NCBI RefSeq assembly: GCF_004376175.1
Contig: NZ_SNUY01000003.1
Location: 82,224 to 114,223 of the forward strand
Source of the DNA: Halalkalibacterium halodurans
GTDB lineage: Bacteria > Bacillota > Bacilli > Bacillales > Bacillaceae_D
Direction of reading: 5' to 3'
DNA length: 32,000 nt
The notes under the pieces are model-generated. The model saw only the letters and a program-made list of their open reading frames with translations, had not been told where the DNA came from and searched no databases. The position numbers and the translations under genes were made by a program. Of this stretch, positions 9,470-19,106 are shown piece by piece (the stretch's first letter is position 1; each line of letters starts with the position of its first letter).

Positions 9470-12298
9470 ATGAATAACCGCTTTGTCGTGATTGATATCG
9501 AAACGACAGGCCAATCGGTTGCCCAAGGAGATCGAATCATTGAAATTGGTGCTGTCGTCATCGAAGACGAGGAGGCTGTGGAGAGTTTCTGCACGCTCGT
9601 GAACCCTGAGCGCTCCATTCCTCCTTTTATAGAAGAATTAACGGGGATCTCTGACGAAATGGTGAAGGGGGCCCCGACATTTCATCAATGCATTCCGGAG
9701 CTTATGTCTATGCTCGAAGGGGCGGTTTTTGTTGCCCACAATGTTCATTTTGACTTATCCTTCCTGCAAAAATTATTGGAGCACGAAGGGTACGGACCGC
9801 TCCTTGTCCCTATTATTGATACCGTCGAGCTGTCTCGAATATTATTGCCAACTGAGGAAAGTTATAAGCTTTCAGCGTTAACGGAACAATTAGGCTTGGA
9901 GCACGAAAATCCCCATCGAGCGGATAGTGATGCGAAGGTAACCGCCGACTTGTTATTACTGTTGTTACAGAAGCTGCGGCAGCTTCCACTCATGACATTA
10001 CAGCAATTAGAATTATTAAGTGACTCATGGATCAGCGATATGGGGCCGATTTTACGACAGTTGATTGAAAAGAAAATGCACGACCACGCCAGGGAAGAAG
10101 AAGCCTTTGACATTTATCGTCAGCTAGCCATTCGTAAGCCTGTCAAGATGAAACCACAAGAAGAAGAGATTATCACAACGACAGATACATTTCAGTCGTT
10201 TAAAGATAGGATTACACAAGAGGGAGGTTCCCTTTCCAAAGCCTTTCTTACATATGAATGGCGTCAGGGGCAACTGAAAATGATGGAAGTTGTTCATGAA
10301 GCCTTTTCGAATAATGAGCATGTGTTGATTGAAGCAGGGACAGGAACGGGCAAATCACTGGCATATTTACTTCCTGCTGCTTATTTTGCTCATATGGAGA
10401 AGGCGCCAGTCGTCATTAGCACACAAACGATCCCTCTGCAATCACAGCTTTTAGAGAGAGACATCCCGCTCCTGCAAAAGATTCTCCCGTTTCCGATAAA
10501 TGTAGCTTTGTTAAAGGGGAGGAACCATTATTTAAGCTTGTGGAAATTTGAGCAAGCATTAGCGAGGGGCTGTGAACAAGATTCTTACGATACGATTCTT
10601 GCAAAGGCAGCGATTCTCGTGTGGTTAACAGAAACGGAGCGAGGGGATCGGGAAGAACTCAACTTGCCCACCGGTCCAGGAAGCTTTTGGGCAACCGTTG
10701 AAAGCGATGGTGTTTCCAGCCTTGGTAAATATGATCCTTGGTTTTCACGGTGCTTTTATCAGCGAGCGCGTATGCAAGCAGCAAAAGCAGATTTGATCAT
10801 TACAAACCATGCGTTACTATGTACCGATATGGTGCAAAAAAACGGCCTTCTTCCGTCATTCAAACAAGCGGTCATTGACGAAGCCCATCATTTTGAAGAA
10901 GTGGCAAGCGATCATCTTGGGAAACAGACCGACTATTATAGCTTATATTATTTTATTCAACGGCTCGGTTACGGAGATAAGGAAGGCTTACTTGACCGAA
11001 TGTTTCAACTCGCAGCAAAAGAAGACGTGAAGCTGACGGTTGATGAGGAGAAAGTAAAAACGATTTTGCAGGAGTGCCAGCTTGAACTTGATGAGCTCTT
11101 CCGCATGTTGCACCGTTACGTGCTACAAAATCGGTCAAGTTCAAAATCGGACGTCGGTCGATTAAGCTATCGCTACGAAAGCTTTCGCGAACAGGGGACA
11201 TTGTGGGAGGCCATATTAGAGAGCGGGATGCGAGTACATCTTATGATGAAGGAAGGGATAAAAAAGCTCGAACTTGTATTAACGTGCTTTCATGATGTGT
11301 ATGATCAACTTTCTTTTTTTGATCAAGGTTTACTTACCGATGCAAAAGGGGTAATTGACAGACTTCAAGAAGAGGAAAACAACCTTTATGAGCTCCTTCT
11401 CGAATCAGATCCAAATGCTGTTTATTGGCTTGAAATTGAACCACGTGGGGCGAAGAATGCTACTTTTTTATATTCTCGTCCAATCGAGGTTGGTGAATCG
11501 CTTGCCGATCGATTTTTCGCAACGAAAAAAAGTGTCGTACTCACATCTGCCACTTTATCCATCAAAGGGTCGTTTGATTATCAGATGGAGCGACTCGGGC
11601 TCCACGATTTTGGGGTTCGTACGGAAAGTATCCCTTCCCCGTTTTCGTATAAAGAGCAGGCGCGTTTATTGCTTCCGACCGATATTCCGGCAATTAAGGA
11701 TGTTTCAGAAGAAGAGTACGCACAAGAGGTGGCGATTAAAATTTGGCGGATCGCCGATTGTTCTTCAGGTCGAATCCTTGTTCTCTTTACATCTTACGAA
11801 ATGTTAAAACAGGTATACCAATATGTGAAGGATCTATCCATGGATGACTCCCTCGCCTTAATTGGCCAAGGAATTACAAGCGGTAGCAGAGCGAAGTTAA
11901 TGAAAGCATTTAAGCTCCATGAAAAAGCTATTTTATTCGGAACAAGCAGCTTTTGGGAAGGGATTGATCTTCCAGGAAATGAACTACGTTGCCTTGTCAT
12001 CGTGCGCCTTCCATTTGCTCCACCTGATCAACCATTGTTGAAAGCTAAGTTGGATAAAGCTGAAGAGGAAGGAAAGAATCCATTTCGTCATATTTCTTTG
12101 CCTCAGGCGATCATTCGATTTAAGCAAGGATTCGGCCGTTTAATTCGTACGAACCAGGACAAGGGAAGTGTGTTTGTGCTCGATAAACGAATTGCCACAA
12201 CACGTTACGGTAGAGCCTTTCTCGAATCTCTTCCAGATGTACCTGTATATAAAGGAACGCTGGAATCGCTTATTGAGGCACATAAAGAATGGATGTAG
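9470..12298 (+). CDS. dinG: DinG-family ATP-dependent helicase with N-terminal DnaQ-like 3'-5' exonuclease domain
   Basis: The N-terminus has Exo motifs (FVVIDIETTG; FVAHNVHFD; HRADSDA). Helicase motif I (EAGTGTGKSLAYLLPA) and the DEAH box (VIDEAHHFEE) follow. At 942 aa it has the same architecture as B. subtilis DinG. Confidence 0.93.
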   Translation: MNNRFVVIDIETTGQSVAQGDRIIEIGAVVIEDEEAVESFCTLVNPERSIPPFIEELTGISDEMVKGAPTFHQCIPELMSMLEGAVFVAHNVHFDLSFLQKLLEHEGYGPLLVPIIDTVELSRILLPTEESYKLSALTEQLGLEHENPHRADSDAKVTADLLLLLLQKLRQLPLMTLQQLELLSDSWISDMGPILRQLIEKKMHDHAREEEAFDIYRQLAIRKPVKMKPQEEEIITTTDTFQSFKDRITQEGGSLSKAFLTYEWRQGQLKMMEVVHEAFSNNEHVLIEAGTGTGKSLAYLLPAAYFAHMEKAPVVISTQTIPLQSQLLERDIPLLQKILPFPINVALLKGRNHYLSLWKFEQALARGCEQDSYDTILAKAAILVWLTETERGDREELNLPTGPGSFWATVESDGVSSLGKYDPWFSRCFYQRARMQAAKADLIITNHALLCTDMVQKNGLLPSFKQAVIDEAHHFEEVASDHLGKQTDYYSLYYFIQRLGYGDKEGLLDRMFQLAAKEDVKLTVDEEKVKTILQECQLELDELFRMLHRYVLQNRSSSKSDVGRLSYRYESFREQGTLWEAILESGMRVHLMMKEGIKKLELVLTCFHDVYDQLSFFDQGLLTDAKGVIDRLQEEENNLYELLLESDPNAVYWLEIEPRGAKNATFLYSRPIEVGESLADRFFATKKSVVLTSATLSIKGSFDYQMERLGLHDFGVRTESIPSPFSYKEQARLLLPTDIPAIKDVSEEEYAQEVAIKIWRIADCSSGRILVLFTSYEMLKQVYQYVKDLSMDDSLALIGQGITSGSRAKLMKAFKLHEKAILFGTSSFWEGIDLPGNELRCLVIVRLPFAPPDQPLLKAKLDKAEEEGKNPFRHISLPQAIIRFKQGFGRLIRTNQDKGSVFVLDKRIATTRYGRAFLESLPDVPVYKGTLESLIEAHKEWM

Positions 12299-12306
12299 GA
12301 GGAGTT

Positions 12307-13623
12307 ATGGGAACGATCGTAAAAAATGTTTCAATCGTGACGGGTCAAGAAGAAGCGCCGTTTATCCGACATGGTTATTTTAAGTTTGCTGATGGCGTGA
12401 TTGTAAGTGTTGCTGAAGGAACTCCTTCTCCTGAAGAAATCGATCGTGTTGAAGTGATCGACGGGAAAGGAAAGTGGGTCATGCCTGGCATGATTAATAC
12501 CCATGGACATCTTGGCATGTCGTTATTACGCGGGCATAGCGACGACCTTCCATTGCAGTCCTGGTTATCAGAAAAAATGTGGCCCTTTGAAGGAAAAATG
12601 GATCGTGAAGCCGTACATCACGCGCGACAGCTAGCCATGGCAGAAATGATTAAATCAGGGACGACGACATTTTTAGAGATGTATCATTTGTATATGGACG
12701 ATTTGGCGGAAGCGGTCGTTGAACAAGGGCCTAGAGCTGTCCTGATGCGATCCATGATCGGCCTTTGTTCGGAATCTGAGCAGCGGGAGAAACTGAAAGA
12801 AGCCGTAACTTTTGCTACCACTTGGAACGGAGATGGAAACGGGCGAATTACAACGATGATGGCTCCCCATGCCCCGTATACATGCCCACCTTCATTTATT
12901 GAGATGATTGTAGATGAAGCGGATCGAATCGATCTTCCGCTCCATACTCATATGGCGGAGACTCAACGGGAAGTGGAAGAGCATCGTAAAACGTACGGTG
13001 TCCATCCCCTCGTCCATTTTGAACAGCTTGGATTTTTAAAGGACCGCCATTGGTTACTGGCGCATTGTGTTCATTTAGGGGAGGAAGAGCTTGATATTCT
13101 TGAACAGCATCCTTGTGTCCATGTAAGTCATAATCCGATGAGTAATTTGAAGCTCGGTTCGGGAATTGCCAACGTTCAATCAATGCTTGAGCGGGGAATT
13201 AACATATGTCTTGGAACGGATAGTGTCGCTTCAAACAACCATTTAGACTTGGTGGAGGAAATGCGGATAGCAGCACTCCTGCAAAAAGGGGCTGTGCTTG
13301 ATCCTACCGCGGTTCCTGCTGAAACGGCGATTGCTATGGCTACGAAAAACGGTGCAAAAGCCCTCCGTTTGCCACAAGTAGGTACCATTGAAGCTGGAAA
13401 GCGGGCTGATTTTATAATGATTGATCCCCAATGTCTTCATTTACAGCCACACGAGCATGTGATGTCCCATCTCGTTTATGCGCTGAAAGGGTCCGACGTT
13501 CAAGATGTTTTTGTCGAAGGAGCTCCCCTAATGCTCAACAAGGAATTAAAGACATTTGATGAAGAGAAATTGCAATTTGAAGCGAACGCTCACTATCAGC
13601 GAATTTGCGAAAAACTAAAATAG
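12307..13623 (+). CDS. mtaD: amidohydrolase, 5-methylthioadenosine/S-adenosylhomocysteine deaminase family
   Basis: Metal ligands fit the family: NTHGHLGMSLLRG (HxH), HAPYTC, HMAET, HCVHL and GTDSVASNN. ATG 12307 follows AGGAGGAG. The track ORF starts at 12289, overlapping the dinG end. Confidence 0.8.
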   Translation: MGTIVKNVSIVTGQEEAPFIRHGYFKFADGVIVSVAEGTPSPEEIDRVEVIDGKGKWVMPGMINTHGHLGMSLLRGHSDDLPLQSWLSEKMWPFEGKMDREAVHHARQLAMAEMIKSGTTTFLEMYHLYMDDLAEAVVEQGPRAVLMRSMIGLCSESEQREKLKEAVTFATTWNGDGNGRITTMMAPHAPYTCPPSFIEMIVDEADRIDLPLHTHMAETQREVEEHRKTYGVHPLVHFEQLGFLKDRHWLLAHCVHLGEEELDILEQHPCVHVSHNPMSNLKLGSGIANVQSMLERGINICLGTDSVASNNHLDLVEEMRIAALLQKGAVLDPTAVPAETAIAMATKNGAKALRLPQVGTIEAGKRADFIMIDPQCLHLQPHEHVMSHLVYALKGSDVQDVFVEGAPLMLNKELKTFDEEKLQFEANAHYQRICEKLK

Positions 13624-13648
13624 ACCAGATGAGTTCCGGTCTATTTTA
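13617..13648. terminator. bidirectional intrinsic terminator
   Basis: AAAATAGACC-(11 nt)-GGTCTATTTT has an A-tract on the left and a T-tract on the right. It can serve both mtaD (+) and the small minus-strand ORF that ends at 13672. Confidence 0.75.
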
Positions 13649-13671
13649 GTGGGTGTGGGCTTGGCAATTTT

Positions 13672-13848
13672 TTATTGTTTTTGCAGTTGGTTGCAGTCAT
13701 CGTCTTGAAAACAGCTAGGGAATTGGGTCTCCCTTACAGACGGAGCAACCATTTGTGTACAAAAAGCTGAGCTTCGTTTGCTTAACGCAACAGATTTTTT
13801 GTAATGCTGAAACCATTTGGCAGTTGATACGACTGTTCGCATAACCAT
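13672..13848 (-). CDS. hypothetical small protein (58 aa; possibly forespore-expressed)
   Basis: This is the inner part of track ORF 13672..13965. ATG 13848 (or 13842) is preceded by AGGGGGAA. The protein is MVMRTVVSTAKWFQHYKKSVALSKRSSAFCTQMVAPSVRETQFPSCFQDDDCNQLQKQ. Upstream on the minus strand lies TCATA (13941-13945), 17 nt, then CATACTA (13917-13923), which resembles sigma-G/F promoters. I recognise no homologue. Confidence 0.35.
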   Translation of the reverse strand: MVMRTVVSTAKWFQHYKKSVALSKRSSAFCTQMVAPSVRETQFPSCFQDDDCNQLQKQ

Positions 13849-13994
13849 TCGTTCCCCCTGAATTGAACAACATACGGAATGTAGGGCTGCGTGTATGTCA
13901 TTGGTTAGCTTACAATTAGTATGACCGTTTGCTACATCGCTATGATTAGTAATGAATGAGTACAAGGATAACTTTTAACAAGGGAGGATCCACC

Positions 13995-14165
13995 ATGAAT
14001 AGCAAAGTGGAGCTAATCTCAACTGTGAAAATAGACAAAAGCAAGGATCTGTATAAAATTGTTGATGCGTTAAACCGTACGTTAAAGGAAGATGACTTAA
14101 TGTTTGGTTTATCGCTGGATAAAAAAGATGAGGAAAAAATGGTGTTTTCGATCTATCGTACATAA
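13995..14165 (+). CDS. ypmA: YpmA-family small protein (DUF4264)
   Basis: MNSKVELISTVKIDKSKDLYKIVDALNRTLKEDDLMFGLSLDKKDEEKMVFSIYRT is 56 aa. The SD is GGGAGGAT. Size and position before ypmB match B. subtilis. The track ORF starts at 13956. Confidence 0.8.
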   Translation: MNSKVELISTVKIDKSKDLYKIVDALNRTLKEDDLMFGLSLDKKDEEKMVFSIYRT

Positions 14166-14200
14166 ACGTAGTGAACGCTGTTAAAAAGGGGACAATCTAA

Positions 14201-14677
14201 ATGAGGAAATGGCTTATTTTAATCGGAATTGTACTCTTTTCCGCCATTATTGGAGCAGGAGCATACGGGTACACTGTCATTAAAAGCCCGTTTAGTGAAG
14301 ACGAGGAACAAGCGGTTCAGCTTGTGTTGAGCGAAGGCTATTTAACCACCGTAAACGATGCATCTTATTACCATGGTTCTGACGCTTATCAAGTCATTCA
14401 TGGATTGGATGAAGATGGCGAGGAACGCATCGTTTGGGTCGGTCCAGATGATCAGGTGATCTCAAAGAAAGCTTCAGAAGGGATCAGTGAGGAAGACGTT
14501 CGTGCGATCATCGAGAAGGAGCTTGCTGTTCGCGAGTTGGTGGCCATCCGCCTAGGAGTTGAAAACAAGCACCCCGTTTATGAGGTCACATACTATGATG
14601 AAGAGGGCCGATTGTCGTATTATTATGTGTCTTTTTATGATGGCACATTCATTAAACGATACAGCCTAAGGCCGTAA
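14201..14677 (+). CDS. ypmB: YpmB-family membrane-anchored PepSY-like protein
   Basis: It has an N-terminal TM helix (WLILIGIVLFSAIIGAGAYGY) and a C-terminal PepSY-like beta-rich region. Synteny between ypmA and aspB is conserved. Confidence 0.8.
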   Translation: MRKWLILIGIVLFSAIIGAGAYGYTVIKSPFSEDEEQAVQLVLSEGYLTTVNDASYYHGSDAYQVIHGLDEDGEERIVWVGPDDQVISKKASEGISEEDVRAIIEKELAVRELVAIRLGVENKHPVYEVTYYDEEGRLSYYYVSFYDGTFIKRYSLRP

Positions 14678-14755
14678 TCCGGAGCGGCACGAAATAAAAG
14701 TAGCAATTTTACGTAACCAATCGCAGAAAAGGCGAAAGATTCACAAGAAAAGCAC

Positions 14756-14784
14756 TTGAATTGTCCGTTTATCCGGTCTATAGT
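14756..14784 (+). promoter_or_regulatory. candidate sigma-A promoter of aspB
   Basis: TTGAAT (14756-14761), a 17-nt spacer, then TATAGT (14779-14784), about 40 nt upstream of the aspB ATG. Confidence 0.5.
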
Positions 14785-14824
14785 AAGAGAAACAGATGAA
14801 GACATGGGAAGGAGAACGTAACAG

Positions 14825-16012
14825 ATGGAGTTAGCTAAGCGAGTTTCTACCTTGACACCGTCATCAACATTGGCGATTACAGCAAAGGCAAAAGAGTTAA
14901 AGGAGCAAGGGCACGATGTGATCGGATTAGGAGCAGGGGAGCCGGATTTTAATACTCCTCAATACATTATTGATGCTGCGGTACGATCCATGGAAGAAGG
15001 GCATACGAAATACACCCCATCTGGAGGCTTACCAAAGTTAAAGGAAGCTATTATTGAAAAGTTTAAGCAAGATCAAGGGCTTACATATACAGCGAAGGAG
15101 ATTATCGTCGGTACAGGGGCGAAGCACGTTCTCTATACACTGTTCCAAGCGTTGTTAAATGAAGGCGATGAAGTGATTATCCCATCTCCTTACTGGGTGA
15201 GCTATCCAGAGCAAGTGAAGCTTGCTGGAGGGGAACCTGTGTTCGTGGAAGGGAAAGAATCGAACGACTTTAAGTTAACACCAGCTCAGCTTGAGCCTGT
15301 TCTTACAGACCGAACGAAGGCGATTATTATTAATTCACCGAGTAATCCAACAGGCTCTTTATATACGCAAGAGGAGTTAGCAGCGTTAGGGGAAGTGTGC
15401 CTTAAGCATAATGTCCTTATCGTCTCAGATGAAATTTATGAAAAGCTTGTATATGATGGAGCAAAACATACATCGGTTGCGGAAATTTCCCCACAATTTA
15501 AGGAAAACACAGTCGTAATTAACGGTGTTTCCAAATCTCACTCGATGACAGGCTGGCGGATCGGGTACGCGGCAGGACCGGAGGCGCTCATTCAAGCGAT
15601 GACCAATCTCGCGAGCCACAGTACATCCAATCCAACGACCAGCGCTCAATATGGAGCGATTGCCGCTTACACTGAGGATGATGGATCTGTCGAGAAGATG
15701 CGAGTGGCGTTCGAGGAGCGACTCCACACGATTTACGATAAGCTTGTGGCGATTCCTGGTGTATCGTGCGTAAAACCTAAGGGAGCATTTTATTTATTCC
15801 CGAATGTAAAGGAAGCTGCAGCATTAACTGGTCACGAAACGGTTGACGACTTTGTGAAAGTCTTGTTAGAGGAAGAAAAAGTCGCCCTCGTACCTGGCTC
15901 AGGGTTCGGTGCACCTGACAATGTTCGTTTATCCTATGCAACGTCACTGGAGCTATTAGAAGCAGCGATCGACCGAATTTCCCGCTTCGTCGAAATGAAA
16001 CGCAGCAAATAA
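14825..16012 (+). CDS. aspB: aspartate aminotransferase (class I PLP aminotransferase)
   Basis: The PLP-lysine motif SKSHSMTGWRIGY and NSPSNPTG are present. The protein is 395 aa. Synteny before asnS is conserved. Confidence 0.93.
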   Translation: MELAKRVSTLTPSSTLAITAKAKELKEQGHDVIGLGAGEPDFNTPQYIIDAAVRSMEEGHTKYTPSGGLPKLKEAIIEKFKQDQGLTYTAKEIIVGTGAKHVLYTLFQALLNEGDEVIIPSPYWVSYPEQVKLAGGEPVFVEGKESNDFKLTPAQLEPVLTDRTKAIIINSPSNPTGSLYTQEELAALGEVCLKHNVLIVSDEIYEKLVYDGAKHTSVAEISPQFKENTVVINGVSKSHSMTGWRIGYAAGPEALIQAMTNLASHSTSNPTTSAQYGAIAAYTEDDGSVEKMRVAFEERLHTIYDKLVAIPGVSCVKPKGAFYLFPNVKEAAALTGHETVDDFVKVLLEEEKVALVPGSGFGAPDNVRLSYATSLELLEAAIDRISRFVEMKRSK

Positions 16013-16027
16013 CGAAGAACGACCATA

Positions 16028-16062
16028 CTCATGGGGTGTGGTCGTTTTTTACTCCGATTAAG
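16028..16062 (+). terminator. intrinsic terminator after aspB
   Basis: AACGACCA-(13 nt)-TGGTCGTT followed by TTTTT. Confidence 0.75.
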
Positions 16063-16269
16063 CTACGCTAAGGTCTACATCAAGGCACTAAAGACAACAA
16101 GAAAGGCAGACTAAGAACTTCACGTCCGTATAACAAAGAGCTCCAAAAAAATGAAGGTCAGCTTTATTACACAAGTCTTCAACTTCTACACAATGGTAGT
16201 CATTGACTTCAATTTTTCCAGAAGTATATAATGGACGTTGGTATACATATGAACCATGGAGGGAAAGAC

Positions 16270-17562
16270 GTGAAAACTACGATTGCAAAGATCGGACAGT
16301 ATGTTGATCAAGAGGTGACGCTAGGCGCTTGGCTTGCGAATAAGCGATCCAGCGGTAAAATTGCGTTTTTACAGCTTCGAGATGGGACAGGTTTTATTCA
16401 AGGAGTGGTTGTCAAAGCTGAAGTTGGAGATGAATGGTTTCAAAAAGCTAAAAATTTAACTCAAGAAAGTTCCCTTTATGTAACAGGGATTGTCCGTAAA
16501 GATGAGCGTGCCCCATCTGGGTATGAGCTAACGGTCACTTCCTTTGACATCATTCACGAGGCGACCGATTACCCGATTACACCGAAAGAGCACGGCACGG
16601 AGTTTTTGATGGATCATCGGCATTTATGGATTCGTTCTCGAAAACAGCATGCGGTGTTGCGAATTCGAAATGAAATCATTCGCGCGACCTATGAATTTTT
16701 CCATGAGAACGGCTTTGTCAAAGTTGATCCACCCATTTTAACGGGAAGTGCTCCAGAAGGAACGACTGAACTGTTTCATACAAAATATTTTGATGAAGAT
16801 GCGTTTTTATCGCAAAGTGGTCAGCTGTATATGGAAGCTGCAGCACTCGCATTTGGACGGGTTTTTTCGTTTGGGCCAACATTCCGAGCAGAAAAGTCAA
16901 AGACGCGCCGCCACTTAATTGAGTTTTGGATGATTGAGCCGGAAATGGCGTTTGTTGAGTTTGAAGAAAGTTTGGAAATTCAAGAAAATTATGTTGCATA
17001 CATCGTTCAGTCTGTGCTGAAACATTGCGCAATTGAATTAAAAACGCTTGGGCGGGATACTTCTGTTCTAGAAAGCATTCAAGCGCCGTTTCCACGGATT
17101 TCATACGACGATGCCATTAAGTTCTTGCATGAAAAAGGGTTTGATGATATTGAATGGGGCGATGACTTTGGGGCGCCACATGAGACGGCGATTGCTGAAC
17201 ATTTTGATAAGCCCGTGTTTATTACCCACTACCCAACCTCGCTAAAACCGTTTTATATGGAACCTGATCCTAACCGGGATGATGTGGTTCTTTGCGCCGA
17301 TCTAATCGCTCCAGAAGGATATGGAGAAATCATCGGCGGTTCACAAAGAATCTCGGATTATGATTTGTTGAAAAAGCGGCTTGAAGAGCATGACCTTTCG
17401 CTCGATGCTTATGCGTGGTATTTAGATTTGCGTAAATACGGGTCAGTACCGCACTCTGGCTTCGGTTTAGGTCTTGAGCGAACCGTCGGCTGGATTTCCG
17501 GCGCTGGACACGTACGAGAAACGATCCCGTTCCCTCGTCTTTTAAACCGCTTGTATCCGTAA
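16270..17562 (+). CDS. asnS: asparagine--tRNA ligase
   Basis: [47 protein letters not shown]... through ...[34 protein letters not shown] is near-collinear with remembered B. subtilis AsnS. GTG 16270 follows GGAGGG. The track ORF starts at 16231. Confidence 0.95.
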
Positions 17563-17564
17563 AT

Positions 17565-17596
17565 CTGGGCAGCCTTTGCCCAGGTTTTTCTTTTTC
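17565..17596 (+). terminator. intrinsic terminator after asnS
   Basis: CTGGGCA-GCCTT-TGCCCAG followed by GTTTTTCTTTTT. Confidence 0.8.
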
Positions 17597-17717
17597 CATA
17601 AATGATAATCAATTTCCATTAAGCCTTGGCGGTGAGGAACGTTTTCTAACATGATTGGGACATAGGTTACGCAAAAAACGGAAAACTCATGATATAATAG
17701 CCAAGAGGTGTTTCGAC

Positions 17718-18419
17718 ATGTATCCATCCATATTGACAAAGTGGTTAGAAGCAGGAGCCCTTTCCATTCCGAAATTGCTCATGCACCATTATCGCCAATT
17801 ATCATTAGATGAGCAAGAACTCGTCGCTCTTTTACATATTCAAACGTTTATTGAAGAAGGAAGCTCTTTCCCAACACCCGATGATCTAGCATCTAGAATG
17901 TCACTAGCTAGTGTCGAATGCTCCAAGTGTTTAAACGGACTCATTAAAAAAGGCTGTTTGGCTCTTGAAAAGCGATCTGATGAAGAAGGTGTTATTTATG
18001 AACAGTTTTCACTATCCCCTCTATGGGAAAAACTTGCAGAGTTAGTGGCACGTGAAATAAAGCAATTAGAAGAGAAGCGCGGCCAGGAAGAAGAGATGAC
18101 CCTCTATCGTTTATTTGAGCGTGAATTCAGTCGTCCTCTTTCTCCCATCGAAGGGGAAACGCTATCGATGTGGATTGATCAGGATCAACATACTCCTGAG
18201 CTAATAAAAGCGGCACTCCGAGAAGCTGTCATTTCTGGAAAGCTCAACTTTCGTTACATTGATCGGATTTTATTTGAGTGGAAAAAAAACGGGGTAACAA
18301 CTTTAGACCAAGCGAAAAAATATGGGGAGAAATTTCGTACTCGTCAAGACAATCGTCCGCAAGATGCCCCGCGGGCCAAAGCGAATGTGATCCCAACGTA
18401 CAATTGGTTAGATCAATAA
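17718..18419 (+). CDS. dnaD: DNA replication initiation / primosome protein DnaD
   Basis: The C-terminal DnaD domain (FSRPLSPIEGETLSMWIDQDQHTPELIKAALREAVISGKLNFRYIDRILFEWKKNG) and the tail YNWLDQ match B. subtilis DnaD. ATG 17718 follows AGAGGTG. An extended -10 TGATATAAT lies at 17690-17698. The track ORF starts at 17655. Confidence 0.9.
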   Translation: MYPSILTKWLEAGALSIPKLLMHHYRQLSLDEQELVALLHIQTFIEEGSSFPTPDDLASRMSLASVECSKCLNGLIKKGCLALEKRSDEEGVIYEQFSLSPLWEKLAELVAREIKQLEEKRGQEEEMTLYRLFEREFSRPLSPIEGETLSMWIDQDQHTPELIKAALREAVISGKLNFRYIDRILFEWKKNGVTTLDQAKKYGEKFRTRQDNRPQDAPRAKANVIPTYNWLDQ

Positions 18420-18449
18420 AGGTAGAACAACGCTAGAAAGGGAAGAATC

Positions 18450-19106
18450 ATGTTAACTAAAAAACAAACGCAAGAGGCACTAGCGGTCATTGCGGACATG
18501 TATCCAGATGCAGAATGTGAACTGACCCATTCCAATCCGTTTGAGCTACTCATCGCCGTAGTTCTTTCTGCCCAATGTACCGACGCACTCGTCAACAAAG
18601 TAACGCCTCGGTTATTTGCAAAATATAAAACACCGGAAGACTATATAGCCGTTCCGCTTGAAGAGTTAGAACAGGACATCCGTTCGATCGGCTTATATCG
18701 GAACAAAGCAAAAAATATAAAAAAGCTCTGTCAATCCTTGTTGGAGCAATACGGCGGAGAAGTTCCACAAGATCGAGATGAGCTTGTCAAGCTTGCAGGG
18801 GTGGGGAGAAAGACGGCTAATGTCGTCGCTTCCGTAGCATTTGGCGTGCCGGCCATTGCCGTGGATACCCATGTAGAGCGAGTGTCGAAGCGATTAGGCA
18901 TCTGTCGCTGGAAAGACAATGTGACACAAGTAGAACAAACCCTTATGAAAAAAATCCCGATGGATGAATGGTCGATTTCTCATCATCGTCTTATCTTTTT
19001 TGGACGTTATCATTGTAAAGCGCAAAACCCTCAATGCGACATCTGTCCATTGCTTGATATGTGCCGGGAAGGGAAAAAACGCATGAGACGGAGGGGGGCA
19101 CCATGA
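18450..19106 (+). CDS. nth: endonuclease III (DNA-(apurinic or apyrimidinic site) lyase)
   Basis: It has the HhH-GPD motif (LVKLAGVGRKTANVV) and a C-terminal 4Fe-4S Cys cluster CKAQNPQCDICPLLDMC. Confidence 0.95.
   Translation: MLTKKQTQEALAVIADMYPDAECELTHSNPFELLIAVVLSAQCTDALVNKVTPRLFAKYKTPEDYIAVPLEELEQDIRSIGLYRNKAKNIKKLCQSLLEQYGGEVPQDRDELVKLAGVGRKTANVVASVAFGVPAIAVDTHVERVSKRLGICRWKDNVTQVEQTLMKKIPMDEWSISHHRLIFFGRYHCKAQNPQCDICPLLDMCREGKKRMRRRGAP

Noticed and set aside
11355-11807. 150-aa plus-strand ORF inside dinG, and other internal or antisense ORFs (for example 800-982, 2304-2621, 4160-4438, 5205-5477, 6885-7223, 9367-9618, 12896-13183, 15425-15727, 16718-17104, 17330-17739, 20180-20600, 24841-25134, 26065-26453, 27227-27508, 28527-28814, 29024-29365, 30307-30498, 31156-31338, 31431-31673)
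   Set aside because: All are embedded in, or antisense to, genes with strong homology-type evidence. They lack SD sequences and have skewed, non-protein-like composition.
8445-13623. TPR protein + DinG (exonuclease-helicase) + amidohydrolase considered as a possible novel nuclease/helicase defence cassette
   Set aside because: dinG here is the conserved housekeeping orthologue in its conserved neighbourhood (panD upstream, ypmA/ypmB/aspB downstream). The deaminase has a standard MtaD active site. I saw no compositional shift and no flanking mobile-element scars. Co-linearity alone is insufficient evidence.
16063-16269. Possible T-box or other leader upstream of asnS
   Set aside because: No specifier-loop/AGAGA/GNRA elements and no T-box consensus (AAxxxGGGTGGTACCGCG-like) are present. 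No terminator lies between the putative promoter (TTGACT near 16204, TATAAT-like near 16226) and the start. A 26-codon ORF (from ATG near 16151) has no SD.
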